A stretch of DNA of 64,000 nucleotides from the NCBI GenBank assembly GCA_963590505.1, contig CAVAPC010000008.1, positions 32,162 to 96,161 of the forward strand. The letters run 5' to 3'. Within the stretch, counting starts at the first letter, position 1; each line of letters opens with the position of its first letter. Source of the stretch: an uncultured Alistipes sp. (GTDB taxonomy: Bacteria > Bacteroidota > Bacteroidia > Bacteroidales > Bacteroidaceae). Below, one piece after another: positions 28,715 to 37,662 of this stretch. A model generated the notes under the pieces. That model was not told the origin of the DNA. It did no database searches and worked only from the letters and a program-made list of their open reading frames with translations. Position numbers and translations under genes: made by a program.

Positions 28715-30475
28715 ATGAATGTAGTTGTGACAGGCGTAGGAATCGTTTCAGCGATTGGAAACAATGAAGAAGAAGTCCTTTCGTCATTGCTTTCCATGGA
28801 GAGCGGCATCGGAAAGATGCGCAATCTGGATTCGATTCACAAGGATTTGCCAGTTGGTGAAGTGAAGATGTCTAACGACGAGATGAAACAGCTTGCTGGC
28901 ATTCCCGTTGCAGAGCAAGTTTGTCGAACGTCGTTGCTGGGCATAATAGCCGTAAATCAGTTGGAAGATCAGTTGCCAAAAGATCCGAAACAGCGTATCG
29001 CCCTCATTTCCGGTACTACGGTAGGGACGATGGACTTGACGGAACGTCACTATGATACATTCCTTTCTGAAAGCGACGTGAGCTTTTTCCGTCAGCACGG
29101 TTGTGGCGGAAGCACACAACGTATAGCCGACCATTTCGGTATTTTCCATGATGTTGCCACGGTTTCCACGGCATGTTCCTCAGCAGCCAATGCCATTATT
29201 CTTGGGGCAAACATGATAAAAGCTGGCGAGGCAGACATTGTTGTGGCTGGAGGAAGTGAAGCTTTGTCGCGTTTTCACCTGGACGGTTTCAATTCCCTTA
29301 TGATATTAGACAAAGAGAGGTGTCGACCGTTCGACAGTACTCGTGCAGGACTTAATTTGGGGGAGGGTGCCGCTTATGTAGTACTGGAAACAGAAAAACA
29401 TGCAAGAGAGCGCGGGGCAAAAATCCGTGCATGGCTGACTGGTTATGGCAATGCTTGCGATGCATACCATCAAACAGCGTCTTCACCAGACGGTGAGGGA
29501 GCTTTCCTTGCCATGAATGAAGCATTGCAGACAGCAGGCTTAAAGCCGGAAGACATACAGTATGTCAATGCTCATGGCACAGCTACGCCAAACAATGACC
29601 AGAGTGAGAGCGTTGCTCTACGTCGTATTTTCTCAGACACTATGCCCCCTGTGTCAAGTACAAAGGCATTTACGGGACACACTACAAGTGCTTCGGGAGC
29701 TATCGAAACTGTCATTTGCCTGATTGCAATGAAAAATGGTTTTGTCCCCGCCAACTTGGGATGGAAAGAACAGATGCAAGATGGTATAACTCCTACGTTA
29801 GGCATGAAGCAAGCCACCCTGCATAATGTCGTTTGTAACTCTTTCGGTTTCGGTGGCAACGACAGTTCTCTCGTATTTTCCGCATCATCTCCATATGGAG
29901 CAGCACAGTTGACCATAACTGATACTTCTTCAAAGAGAATAAATGTTCTCTCTCGCATAGAGATAAAGTCTGTTGATGAACTTTCTGCTATTCGCAACTA
30001 CGTAAAGCCGATTGAAGCACGCCGCATGGGTAAACTTATGAAGGCTTCTCTTCTTTCGTCGTTACGTGCCCTTGAGGAGGCCGGAATAGAGAAACCGGAT
30101 GCTATTATTACGGCAACTGCTTATGGTTGCCTCGACAACACAGTCCGCTTATTGGACTGCATTAGCGATGGAGGTGAAGAAACTGTTAGTCCAACGTATT
30201 TCATGCAAAGTACTCATAACACAATAGGTAGCAATATTGCGATACGTCTGCATTGTCACGGATACAATTCCACCTACAGTCAGGGACGTGAATCGTTGGA
30301 TTGGGCGTTGCGTGATGCACGGCTTCTACTGCAAAGCGGAAAAGTAAAAACAGTCCTTGTTGGATGCCATGACGAAGCAAACGTCCGTTTGAATGCGATG
30401 TTGAAGAAAGCAGGAATGGAAGTGCCTGAATATGAAATGAATTCATTAGCAATGGTTCTGTCATGTGGAGAATAG
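28715..30475 (+). CDS. beta-ketoacyl synthase with C-terminal CLF-like extension
   Basis: The ORF is open from 28670, but MNVVVTGVGIVS at 28715 is the canonical KS N-terminus. Cys in VSTACSSAANAIILG, His in VNAHGTATPNND and FTGHTTSASG, then NSFGFGGNDSSLVF. About 180 aa extra follows, containing VSPTYFMQSTHNTIGSNIAIRLHCHG. Confidence 0.8.
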   Translation: MNVVVTGVGIVSAIGNNEEEVLSSLLSMESGIGKMRNLDSIHKDLPVGEVKMSNDEMKQLAGIPVAEQVCRTSLLGIIAVNQLEDQLPKDPKQRIALISGTTVGTMDLTERHYDTFLSESDVSFFRQHGCGGSTQRIADHFGIFHDVATVSTACSSAANAIILGANMIKAGEADIVVAGGSEALSRFHLDGFNSLMILDKERCRPFDSTRAGLNLGEGAAYVVLETEKHARERGAKIRAWLTGYGNACDAYHQTASSPDGEGAFLAMNEALQTAGLKPEDIQYVNAHGTATPNNDQSESVALRRIFSDTMPPVSSTKAFTGHTTSASGAIETVICLIAMKNGFVPANLGWKEQMQDGITPTLGMKQATLHNVVCNSFGFGGNDSSLVFSASSPYGAAQLTITDTSSKRINVLSRIEIKSVDELSAIRNYVKPIEARRMGKLMKASLLSSLRALEEAGIEKPDAIITATAYGCLDNTVRLLDCISDGGEETVSPTYFMQSTHNTIGSNIAIRLHCHGYNSTYSQGRESLDWALRDARLLLQSGKVKTVLVGCHDEANVRLNAMLKKAGMEVPEYEMNSLAMVLSCGE

Positions 30476-30816
30476 TTGTATTGTCAGTGTTGCAAAGCGC
30501 ATTGCTCTGTGGTGGCCAAGTCTTTCTTAAGTTTGCTTTGTCAAAAATGCTCCCGTTTGCGTGGACACGTGTCTTTTGGCAGAGCGTATTGCTTAATTGG
30601 CAATTCGCCGCATGCGGACTTATGTTTGGAGCAAGTTCCGTATTATGGATGTATATCGTCAAGCATTATCCATTAAGCGTAGCCTATCCGATGATAAGTC
30701 TGAGTTATGTGTTCGGCATGATAGCTGCAATGATATTCTTTAACGAACAGGTGTCGCCAATAAAATGGATGGGCATAGCCCTGATAATAATAGGATGTTG
30801 TTTAATAGCAAAATAA
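30463..30816 (+). CDS. small EamA/DMT-like membrane protein (half-size transporter)
   Basis: 117 aa, predicted to be 4 TM segments. Overlaps the upstream gene by 13 nt. Confidence 0.55.
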   Translation: MWRIVVLSVLQSALLCGGQVFLKFALSKMLPFAWTRVFWQSVLLNWQFAACGLMFGASSVLWMYIVKHYPLSVAYPMISLSYVFGMIAAMIFFNEQVSPIKWMGIALIIIGCCLIAK

Positions 30817-30823
30817 TGAGTTT

Positions 30824-31447
30824 ATGAATAGATTATTGTTTGTCCTGATTGCTGCGTTGCTTTTTGTGGCTCCGGGACGTTCCCAGTCTACAGGTGATGC
30901 AAAGATAAAGCAGCAGATAAATGCCGTCGCTTCAAAAATGAAGACGATGCAGTGTGATTTCGTACAGACCAAATACATGAAAATGCTTAACGACAAGATG
31001 GTATCTTATGGCAGAATGTATTATCAGCAGAGTGACAAACTGCGGTGGGAGTATACTTCGCCATATACTTACACGTTTGTTCTCAATGGCTCAAAGGTTT
31101 TGCTCAACAAGGGAACGCGAAGCGATGTAATAAACGTCAACCAGAGCAAATTCTTCAAGGAGATAGCACGTATAATGATGAACTCTGTCGTGGGCAAGTG
31201 TCTTACAGACGAGAAAGATTTCAAAGTGTCCATTTCTACCAATGCAACAGAATGGGTTGCGACTTTAACGCCTCAACGCAAGGACATGAAGCAGATGTTT
31301 CAGAAGATAGTACTCCATTTCAGTCGCTCTCAGATGATGGTTTCTACCGTTGAACTGGTGGAGAAAAAAGGAGACAGAACGGTGATACAGTTGAAGAACG
31401 TTAAGACAAATACCTCGATAAATGCAAAGATGTTTAATGTTGGTTAG
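30824..31447 (+). CDS. LolA-like outer-membrane lipoprotein carrier protein (ApeL-like)
   Basis: 207 aa with a signal peptide. CDFVQTKYMKMLNDKMVSYGRMYYQQSDKLRWEY resembles the LolA family pattern F.Q......L....SG......P.K.RW.Y. Confidence 0.7.
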   Translation: MNRLLFVLIAALLFVAPGRSQSTGDAKIKQQINAVASKMKTMQCDFVQTKYMKMLNDKMVSYGRMYYQQSDKLRWEYTSPYTYTFVLNGSKVLLNKGTRSDVINVNQSKFFKEIARIMMNSVVGKCLTDEKDFKVSISTNATEWVATLTPQRKDMKQMFQKIVLHFSRSQMMVSTVELVEKKGDRTVIQLKNVKTNTSINAKMFNVG

Positions 31448-31838
31448 TACGCTTTTTGCTATTGTGCTTAGCGTTTCTGCACAGTCGCTCTATCCTTTTT
31501 CCGAAGGCGACAGAGTAAAATGTTCTGCAATGATAGAGATGCCAAAAGGATATGTTAGCGGAATTTGCATGATGTATAATGATGGTACGGAAGTGAAGGT
31601 AAGTATTTTCAACGAGTTCGGAATCTCTGCCATAGACTTTTCTTATAATATTGCAAAGGACAAGGTTAAACTTCACGACCTCCTTCATATGCTGGACAAG
31701 TGGTATATAAGAAAATTGCTAAGGAATGACTTACGCATGGTCCTGCATAACCTTCGACAAGGAGTAGGAGAATATCGTAACGAAAAGTACAAGATAAAAT
31801 ATAAATTCAGTACACTTTCAAATGATTCTGAAGAATGA
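31422..31838 (+). CDS. small secreted hypothetical protein
   Basis: 138 aa. N-terminal hydrophobic signal LMLVSTLFAIVLSVSAQ. Overlaps both neighbours, which suggests translational coupling. Confidence 0.5.
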   Translation: MQRCLMLVSTLFAIVLSVSAQSLYPFSEGDRVKCSAMIEMPKGYVSGICMMYNDGTEVKVSIFNEFGISAIDFSYNIAKDKVKLHDLLHMLDKWYIRKLLRNDLRMVLHNLRQGVGEYRNEKYKIKYKFSTLSNDSEE

Positions 31839-32202
31839 CCTTTATACAGTGACGGCGAAAGAATCAAATGGTTCAGGAGCAACGTACACAGTAAATCTGA
31901 ATGGTGGACATTTTATTTTTAAAGCCCATTTCCCCGGGCAGCCGATAATGCCAGGAGTATGTATAGTGCAAATGGTGAAGGAACTGTTGGAAGACTATGC
32001 AGGGATGCCTTTGAGTATAGTAAAAATAAAAAACGTCAAGTTCCTTTCTGTTGTGACACCTTTGGAAGAGACAAAACTTTTATGTCAGTTAACTAAAGTT
32101 ACGGAAGAAAGCGCAGAATCATCCATTAAGGTTCAAGCTACGTTGACTTCTGGAAACGAGACTAAAGCCAAGGTTTCGCTTGTATGTTCCTTTGAGGCAT
32201 AA
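31822..32202 (+). CDS. hotdog-fold 3-hydroxyacyl-ACP dehydratase (FabZ/ApeP-like)
   Basis: 126 aa. HFPGQPIMPGVCIVQMV matches the FabZ active-site region HFP..P.MPGV. Confidence 0.75.
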   Translation: MILKNDLYTVTAKESNGSGATYTVNLNGGHFIFKAHFPGQPIMPGVCIVQMVKELLEDYAGMPLSIVKIKNVKFLSVVTPLEETKLLCQLTKVTEESAESSIKVQATLTSGNETKAKVSLVCSFEA

Positions 32203-32244
32203 ATACAATGTTGCGTGTGTCCTAGTAGAATAAAAAGTAGTTTT

Positions 32245-33750
32245 ATGTCGAAAGAAGATATTGATATATTGAAAACGACGCTTCACGACAGAGGCATCTG
32301 CGTTGTAATACCCACTTACAACAACGTACAGACGGTTGTCGGCGTTATTGAAAGTGTAAAGTCGTATTGCAACGATGTCATTGTGGTAGACGACGGATGC
32401 ACCGATGGAACTTCGCAGAAGCTGCAATCCACAGAAGGTATACACATAGTGCATCATTCTGCAAACAAAGGCAAGGGTGCTGCTTTGCGTACTGCCTTTC
32501 GCAAGGCGTTGGAATTAGGCTTCAGTTATGCAATAACTATTGATGCCGATGCTCAACATTATGCCTCAGACATACCGAAGTTTCTTGCCTCGAACATAAA
32601 ACATCCTGGTGCTCTCATTGTTGGAAGCCGCAATCTTAATGGCGTTGACAGGTCTAAAGGAAGCGATTTTGCCAACAAATTTTCCAATTTCTGGTTTATG
32701 ATACAAACTGGACGCAATCTTGCCGATACCCAAACAGGTTATCGTCTTTATCCATTGCGGAAACTCAAGGGGCTTTCTTTGTTGACTTCGCGTTATGAAG
32801 CAGAATTGGAATTGCTCGTGTTCGCCTCGTGGCACGGAGTGAAAATAGTTTCCATTCCCGTTGATGTGTATTACCCTCCACGTGAAGAGCGTGTGAGTCA
32901 TTTCCGTCCGGGCAAGGATTTCGCCCGTATAACACTTCTCAACACGGTGCTCTGTTTCCTTGCTGTCGTCTATGGTTTGCCTTTGCGCATGATGCGTTTT
33001 CTCCTGAAATTTGTGCGTACGTTATATGCCATAATCTTCTTCCTGTTCTTTATGATGATATTGATAACCCCTTTTGTGTGGATATATATAAAAATAGGTA
33101 AGATGTCAGAACGAAAACGGCGCACGCTGCATCGGATAATTTACCATTCGGCGCGAATTATAACTATACATCATGGCATACCTGGCACTAAGTTCCGTTA
33201 TAAAGTGGATGATGACGTTGACTTTCGCAAGCCTCGTGTGATAATATGTAACCATCAGTCTCATTTGGATCTTGTATGCCAGCTCATATTCACTCCCAAT
33301 ATTGTGTTCTTGACCAAGGAATGGGTATGGAATAACCCATTCTATGGACTGTTGATTCGCAATGCCGAATACTTACCTGTGGTAGAAGGAATAGAGTCAT
33401 TGCTTCCACAACTCAAATCTTTGGTGCAAAGGGGCTACAGTATAGCTGTCTATCCGGAAGGAACGCGCTCTAAAGACTGCAATATAGGACGTTTCCATCA
33501 AGGAGCTTTCTATATAGCCGAGAAGTTTGGACTTGAAATATTGCCTATGTATCTCTATGGACCTGGCAAGATATTGCCTAAGAAAAGCTATTATTTGAGG
33601 AAAGGACTGATACAGATTGAGGTTGGTAAGCCCATTAGTCGCCATGAACTTGAGAATATGGGTGATACACTGCAACAGGCAAAAGCCATGCGCAAACGTT
33701 ATAAACACGAATATGAGAGGATGGCAAACGCCATAGAACAATATGTCTGA
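32245..33750 (+). CDS. fusion protein: family 2 glycosyltransferase + TM region + PlsC-type acyltransferase
   Basis: GT2 motifs VVIPTYNN, VVDDGCTDGT, IDADAQH. A central hydrophobic segment follows, then PlsC motifs CNHQSHLD (HX4D) and VYPEGTRS. An alternative GTG start lies at 32215. Confidence 0.8.
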   Translation: MSKEDIDILKTTLHDRGICVVIPTYNNVQTVVGVIESVKSYCNDVIVVDDGCTDGTSQKLQSTEGIHIVHHSANKGKGAALRTAFRKALELGFSYAITIDADAQHYASDIPKFLASNIKHPGALIVGSRNLNGVDRSKGSDFANKFSNFWFMIQTGRNLADTQTGYRLYPLRKLKGLSLLTSRYEAELELLVFASWHGVKIVSIPVDVYYPPREERVSHFRPGKDFARITLLNTVLCFLAVVYGLPLRMMRFLLKFVRTLYAIIFFLFFMMILITPFVWIYIKIGKMSERKRRTLHRIIYHSARIITIHHGIPGTKFRYKVDDDVDFRKPRVIICNHQSHLDLVCQLIFTPNIVFLTKEWVWNNPFYGLLIRNAEYLPVVEGIESLLPQLKSLVQRGYSIAVYPEGTRSKDCNIGRFHQGAFYIAEKFGLEILPMYLYGPGKILPKKSYYLRKGLIQIEVGKPISRHELENMGDTLQQAKAMRKRYKHEYERMANAIEQYV

Positions 33751-35245
33751 AAGAAAAAAGGTAGTGATCATAGGCAGTGGCTTGGGTGGTTTGTCCTGCG
33801 GCGTAATTCTGCAGAAGAACGGATATGATGTAACTGTTGTTGAGCAGTCTACTCAAATTGGGGGCTGTCTTCAGTGTTTCAAACGTAAGGGTGCCAAGTT
33901 TGAAACTGGTATGCATTTTATAGGAAGTGCTGCCAGTGGCCAGACAATGGATCGCTTGATGCGTTATCTGGAAATAAAGCCAGATGTACGGCTCTCGCCT
34001 CTTGCCACAGACGGCTACGATGTGATAAACCTAAACGGCAAGGAATATCGCATTCCCTGTGGCAAGGAAGCATTCATAAGGCAGATGAACGAATATTTTC
34101 CCGGGCAAACGGAAAATGTGTGCCGCTATTATGAAACAGTGGAACTGATATCCAATGCTTCGTCTTTGCATTCTCTGAAATATGCCGATCGCGACAACTC
34201 ATCTGCCACAGAATACCACTTACGTTCTATTGACGATGTAATGGGCGAGCTTATTACAGATCCATTGCTTGCAAGTGTGCTAGTAGGAAACCTTCCGCTT
34301 TATGCGGCAGAGAAAGGCAAGACTCCTTTTTCCGTTCATGCCTTCATTATGGACTTCTATAACCAGAGCTCTTTTCGCTTTGTGGGAGGAAGCGACTGCG
34401 TGGCACGCTCGCTCTGCTCTACGATAGAAAAATATGGTGGAACTGTGCGCAACCGAAGCAAGGCTACGCATATCGTGTGTAATGACATATGTGCCACAGA
34501 GGTAGAGATTAACGGTGAAGAACACTTGCCTGCCGATTTTGTGATTTCTGATACTCATCCATTGCGCACGTTGGAAATGCTTGACACAAAGATTATACGT
34601 CCGGCTTTTCGAAACAGGATAAAGTCAATACCGCAAACTGTGGGTAGCTTTTCCGTATATTTGAAGTTCAAGGAGGGAAGAGTGCCGTATATGAATTACA
34701 ACTATTATGCCTATAATCAAGATTCTCCATGGGATTGCGAACTGTATACCGAAGCAGACTGGCCGAAGGGTTTCCTCTATATGCATTTCTGCCAAGAAGA
34801 GAAACCAAGATTTGCCACTACAGGAGTAATTCTTTCATACATGTGTATGCACGACGTGGAAAGATGGAAAGGTACAAGGGTTGGGCATCGCGGAGATGAC
34901 TACGAACATTTCAAACATGTCAAGGCTGAACGTCTGCTCAATACGCTTGAGAGTTTCTTTCCGGGTATTCGCAATGATATAGAAGATTACTATACTTCAA
35001 CACCGCTCACATACCTTGACTATACAGGCACAGAGGGCGGCTCAATGTACGGTATAGCAAAGGATGTTGCCAATGGCGCTGCTTATCGTGTGCCACACCG
35101 CACAAAAGTTCCCAACGTGTATCAAACGGGGCAGAACATAAACTCTCATGGAATGTTAGGTGTTCTTGTTGGCTCGATTGTTACATGCAGCGAATTTTTA
35201 TCGACAAAGACCATTTACGAACAGATTAAAGCGTGCGATAAATGA
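33743..35245 (+). CDS. FAD-dependent oxidoreductase, phytoene desaturase (CrtI)-like, copy 1
   Basis: 500 aa. Dinucleotide-binding motif VVIIGSGLGGLSCG...VVEQ...IGG. Paralogous to the next gene. Confidence 0.75.
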   Translation: MSERKKVVIIGSGLGGLSCGVILQKNGYDVTVVEQSTQIGGCLQCFKRKGAKFETGMHFIGSAASGQTMDRLMRYLEIKPDVRLSPLATDGYDVINLNGKEYRIPCGKEAFIRQMNEYFPGQTENVCRYYETVELISNASSLHSLKYADRDNSSATEYHLRSIDDVMGELITDPLLASVLVGNLPLYAAEKGKTPFSVHAFIMDFYNQSSFRFVGGSDCVARSLCSTIEKYGGTVRNRSKATHIVCNDICATEVEINGEEHLPADFVISDTHPLRTLEMLDTKIIRPAFRNRIKSIPQTVGSFSVYLKFKEGRVPYMNYNYYAYNQDSPWDCELYTEADWPKGFLYMHFCQEEKPRFATTGVILSYMCMHDVERWKGTRVGHRGDDYEHFKHVKAERLLNTLESFFPGIRNDIEDYYTSTPLTYLDYTGTEGGSMYGIAKDVANGAAYRVPHRTKVPNVYQTGQNINSHGMLGVLVGSIVTCSEFLSTKTIYEQIKACDK

Positions 35246-36753
35246 ACAGCGAGGAAAAAGACATTTTAATAATAGGTGGTGGACTTGGAGGTCTCTTCAC
35301 AGGAGCAATACTTGCCAAAGAAGGACGCAGGGTTTGCGTGGTGGAAAAAAATGTTACTGCGGGTGGAGGCCTACAATCGTTCCGTCGTTTTGGCGAAACA
35401 TTCGATACCGGTATGCATATAATAGGAGGCATGCAACCAGGTGGAAACATACGTCGAATCTGTGAGTACCTGGGAATCATGGACAAAGTGAGTATCATGG
35501 ATGTTGATGACAATTGTACTGACTCCCTTTACTTTGCTGAAGACGGAAAGACGTATCGCATAGCAAAAGGCAGGCAAGGTTACATTGATTCTTTGTCTGC
35601 ATATTTTCCATCCGAACGTACCAATATAGAGGCATACGTGGATGCAATATTCTCCATTACACGCGAGGTTCCGCTTTTTAATCTTGAACCCTCAAGGTCA
35701 GGGATACCCGTGCATTCAGATAATTTCACAATGGCGGCAGACGCTTTTATAGCTAAATACATCAACGACAGGAAACTGCGTAGCATCATCGCATACATGA
35801 ATCCGCTTTATGGCGGACGTGGCAATCAGACACCGGCCTATGTGCATGCCATAATCAATGTACTCTATATTTGCGGGGCAAGTCGTTTCGTTGGCGGCAG
35901 TAGCCACTTTGCCGACTTGCTTTGCGGAGTGATAACCGGTAATGGTGGTGAGGTAATAACCGGCGACGGCGTTGATTGGATTGAAGTTTCTGACCGTCGT
36001 GTGGAATATGTCAGAACAAAAAGCGGACGGAAGTTTACGGCCAATGTGTATGTATCGGCAATACATCCCTGCACGATGTTAACTCTTATGCCGCCAAAAG
36101 CTTTCCCTAAGGCATACCGCGACCGACTCAACTCTTTGCCAAATGCTTATTCTGCTTTCTCTCTCTATGTAAAGTTCAAAAAGGAAACATTTCATTATAT
36201 CAATCATTCCGAGTTTTATATGACCAGATATGACGATATATGGAACTTTGGATGTGCTGATAAAAAATGGCCATTGGGTTTCCTCTTTATGACGTCGCCA
36301 GACAATAACCAGGGAGATTGGGCAACTCATGCCCTTGTTACTGCTCCCATGCTTTTCGATGAAGTGCGTCAATGGGAAGATACCACCGTTGGGCGGCGAG
36401 GAACAGAATATGCCAAGTGGAAAAGACGACAATCCTTGCGGTTGCTTGCACTGATAGAGGAGATTCATCCAGAATTTACAGATGCGGTAGAAAGCATGGA
36501 ATCAGCTTCACCGCTCACCATCCGTGATTTCTATGGTGCCAAAGATGGTACACTTTGCGGTTTCAGCAAAGATTACTCCAATCTTGCTTTAACTCAAGTT
36601 CCAGTGGTAACAAAGGTAAGTAATCTGTTGCTGACTGGCCAGAACATAAACCTCCATGGTTTCTGTGGCGTTCCTCTAACGGCCATACAAACTTGCGAGG
36701 TAATATTGGGACAGGGACACGTTATAGAAAGCATACGACAACACAATAAATAA
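35242..36753 (+). CDS. FAD-dependent oxidoreductase, phytoene desaturase (CrtI)-like, copy 2
   Basis: 503 aa. ILIIGGGLGGLFTG...VVEKN...GGG. Collinear similarity to copy 1 (FETGMHFIGS versus FDTGMHIIGG; GQNINSHGMLGV versus GQNINLHGFCGV). ATGA start/stop overlap. Confidence 0.75.
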   Translation: MNSEEKDILIIGGGLGGLFTGAILAKEGRRVCVVEKNVTAGGGLQSFRRFGETFDTGMHIIGGMQPGGNIRRICEYLGIMDKVSIMDVDDNCTDSLYFAEDGKTYRIAKGRQGYIDSLSAYFPSERTNIEAYVDAIFSITREVPLFNLEPSRSGIPVHSDNFTMAADAFIAKYINDRKLRSIIAYMNPLYGGRGNQTPAYVHAIINVLYICGASRFVGGSSHFADLLCGVITGNGGEVITGDGVDWIEVSDRRVEYVRTKSGRKFTANVYVSAIHPCTMLTLMPPKAFPKAYRDRLNSLPNAYSAFSLYVKFKKETFHYINHSEFYMTRYDDIWNFGCADKKWPLGFLFMTSPDNNQGDWATHALVTAPMLFDEVRQWEDTTVGRRGTEYAKWKRRQSLRLLALIEEIHPEFTDAVESMESASPLTIRDFYGAKDGTLCGFSKDYSNLALTQVPVVTKVSNLLLTGQNINLHGFCGVPLTAIQTCEVILGQGHVIESIRQHNK

Positions 36754-36756
36754 GAG

Positions 36757-37662
36757 ATGGCATATATTCAAGGTACACAACAGCAGCGGATGATACGTGC
36801 ATTTGTACTGCTTGCGTTATTGGCTGCACCACTTTTAGTCCTGCGCTCACAGGTAAATATATGGCAGGGTACGCCTGGTCATTGCCGCGTGGAAATGACT
36901 CCATATCTTGCTCCAGGAAAAGGAAACGTAGCTGTTGTCATATGTCCTGGTGGAAGTTATTTTTGGCACGACATGCAGACAGAGGGGCATACAGTGGCGC
37001 GTTGGCTACAGATGAACGGCATTTCTGCTTTTGTATTGCGCTACCGTACAGCAATGGTGCCGGCTTTCGTGACGCATTACCGGTATGTGTTGCGCGGAAA
37101 CCGCTATCCTGATCCACAGGACGATTTGCGCCGTGCCATACTTTACATCAAGGCGCGCGCTGATCAATATGGTATTGATACGCGCAAAACAGGCGCAATG
37201 GGATTTTCGGCCGGTGGTCATCTGGTGATGTCTGCGGCAGAACTTTTCGACGGTACGGAACGCCCGGCATTTGTGGCTTCCATATATCCTGTGGTAACTA
37301 TGACGGAAAATTGTGTCCACAAACGCTCGCGCAGGGCACTGCTTGGTGACAACCGTAAGAACAACCGTCTCTTGCGGGATTCTCTCTCGCTGGAGCGCCA
37401 TGTACCTGCCGATTGTCCGCCTGTATTCCTTGTGAACTGCAAGGACGACCCTGTGGTGGACTATCGCAATTCCATTCTTCTTGATTCAGCGCTCACTGCT
37501 ATGGGTGTTCCTCACCGTTATATCCAATATTCGACAGGCGGCCATGGCTTTGGAGCATCAGATGAAAAGGGATCGTCAGAGTGCAGACAATGGAAAACAG
37601 AATTCCTTTCATGGCTTAAAGCCACATTGGATAATTTAACAAAAGAAACGACAAAACAATGA
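36757..37662 (+). CDS. secreted alpha/beta hydrolase (esterase/lipase-like)
   Basis: 301 aa. Signal-like N-terminus RAFVLLALLAAPLLVLRSQ, oxyanion-region ICPGGSYFW, nucleophile elbow GFSAGGH, and a late GGHGF providing a candidate His. Confidence 0.7.
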   Translation: MAYIQGTQQQRMIRAFVLLALLAAPLLVLRSQVNIWQGTPGHCRVEMTPYLAPGKGNVAVVICPGGSYFWHDMQTEGHTVARWLQMNGISAFVLRYRTAMVPAFVTHYRYVLRGNRYPDPQDDLRRAILYIKARADQYGIDTRKTGAMGFSAGGHLVMSAAELFDGTERPAFVASIYPVVTMTENCVHKRSRRALLGDNRKNNRLLRDSLSLERHVPADCPPVFLVNCKDDPVVDYRNSILLDSALTAMGVPHRYIQYSTGGHGFGASDEKGSSECRQWKTEFLSWLKATLDNLTKETTKQ

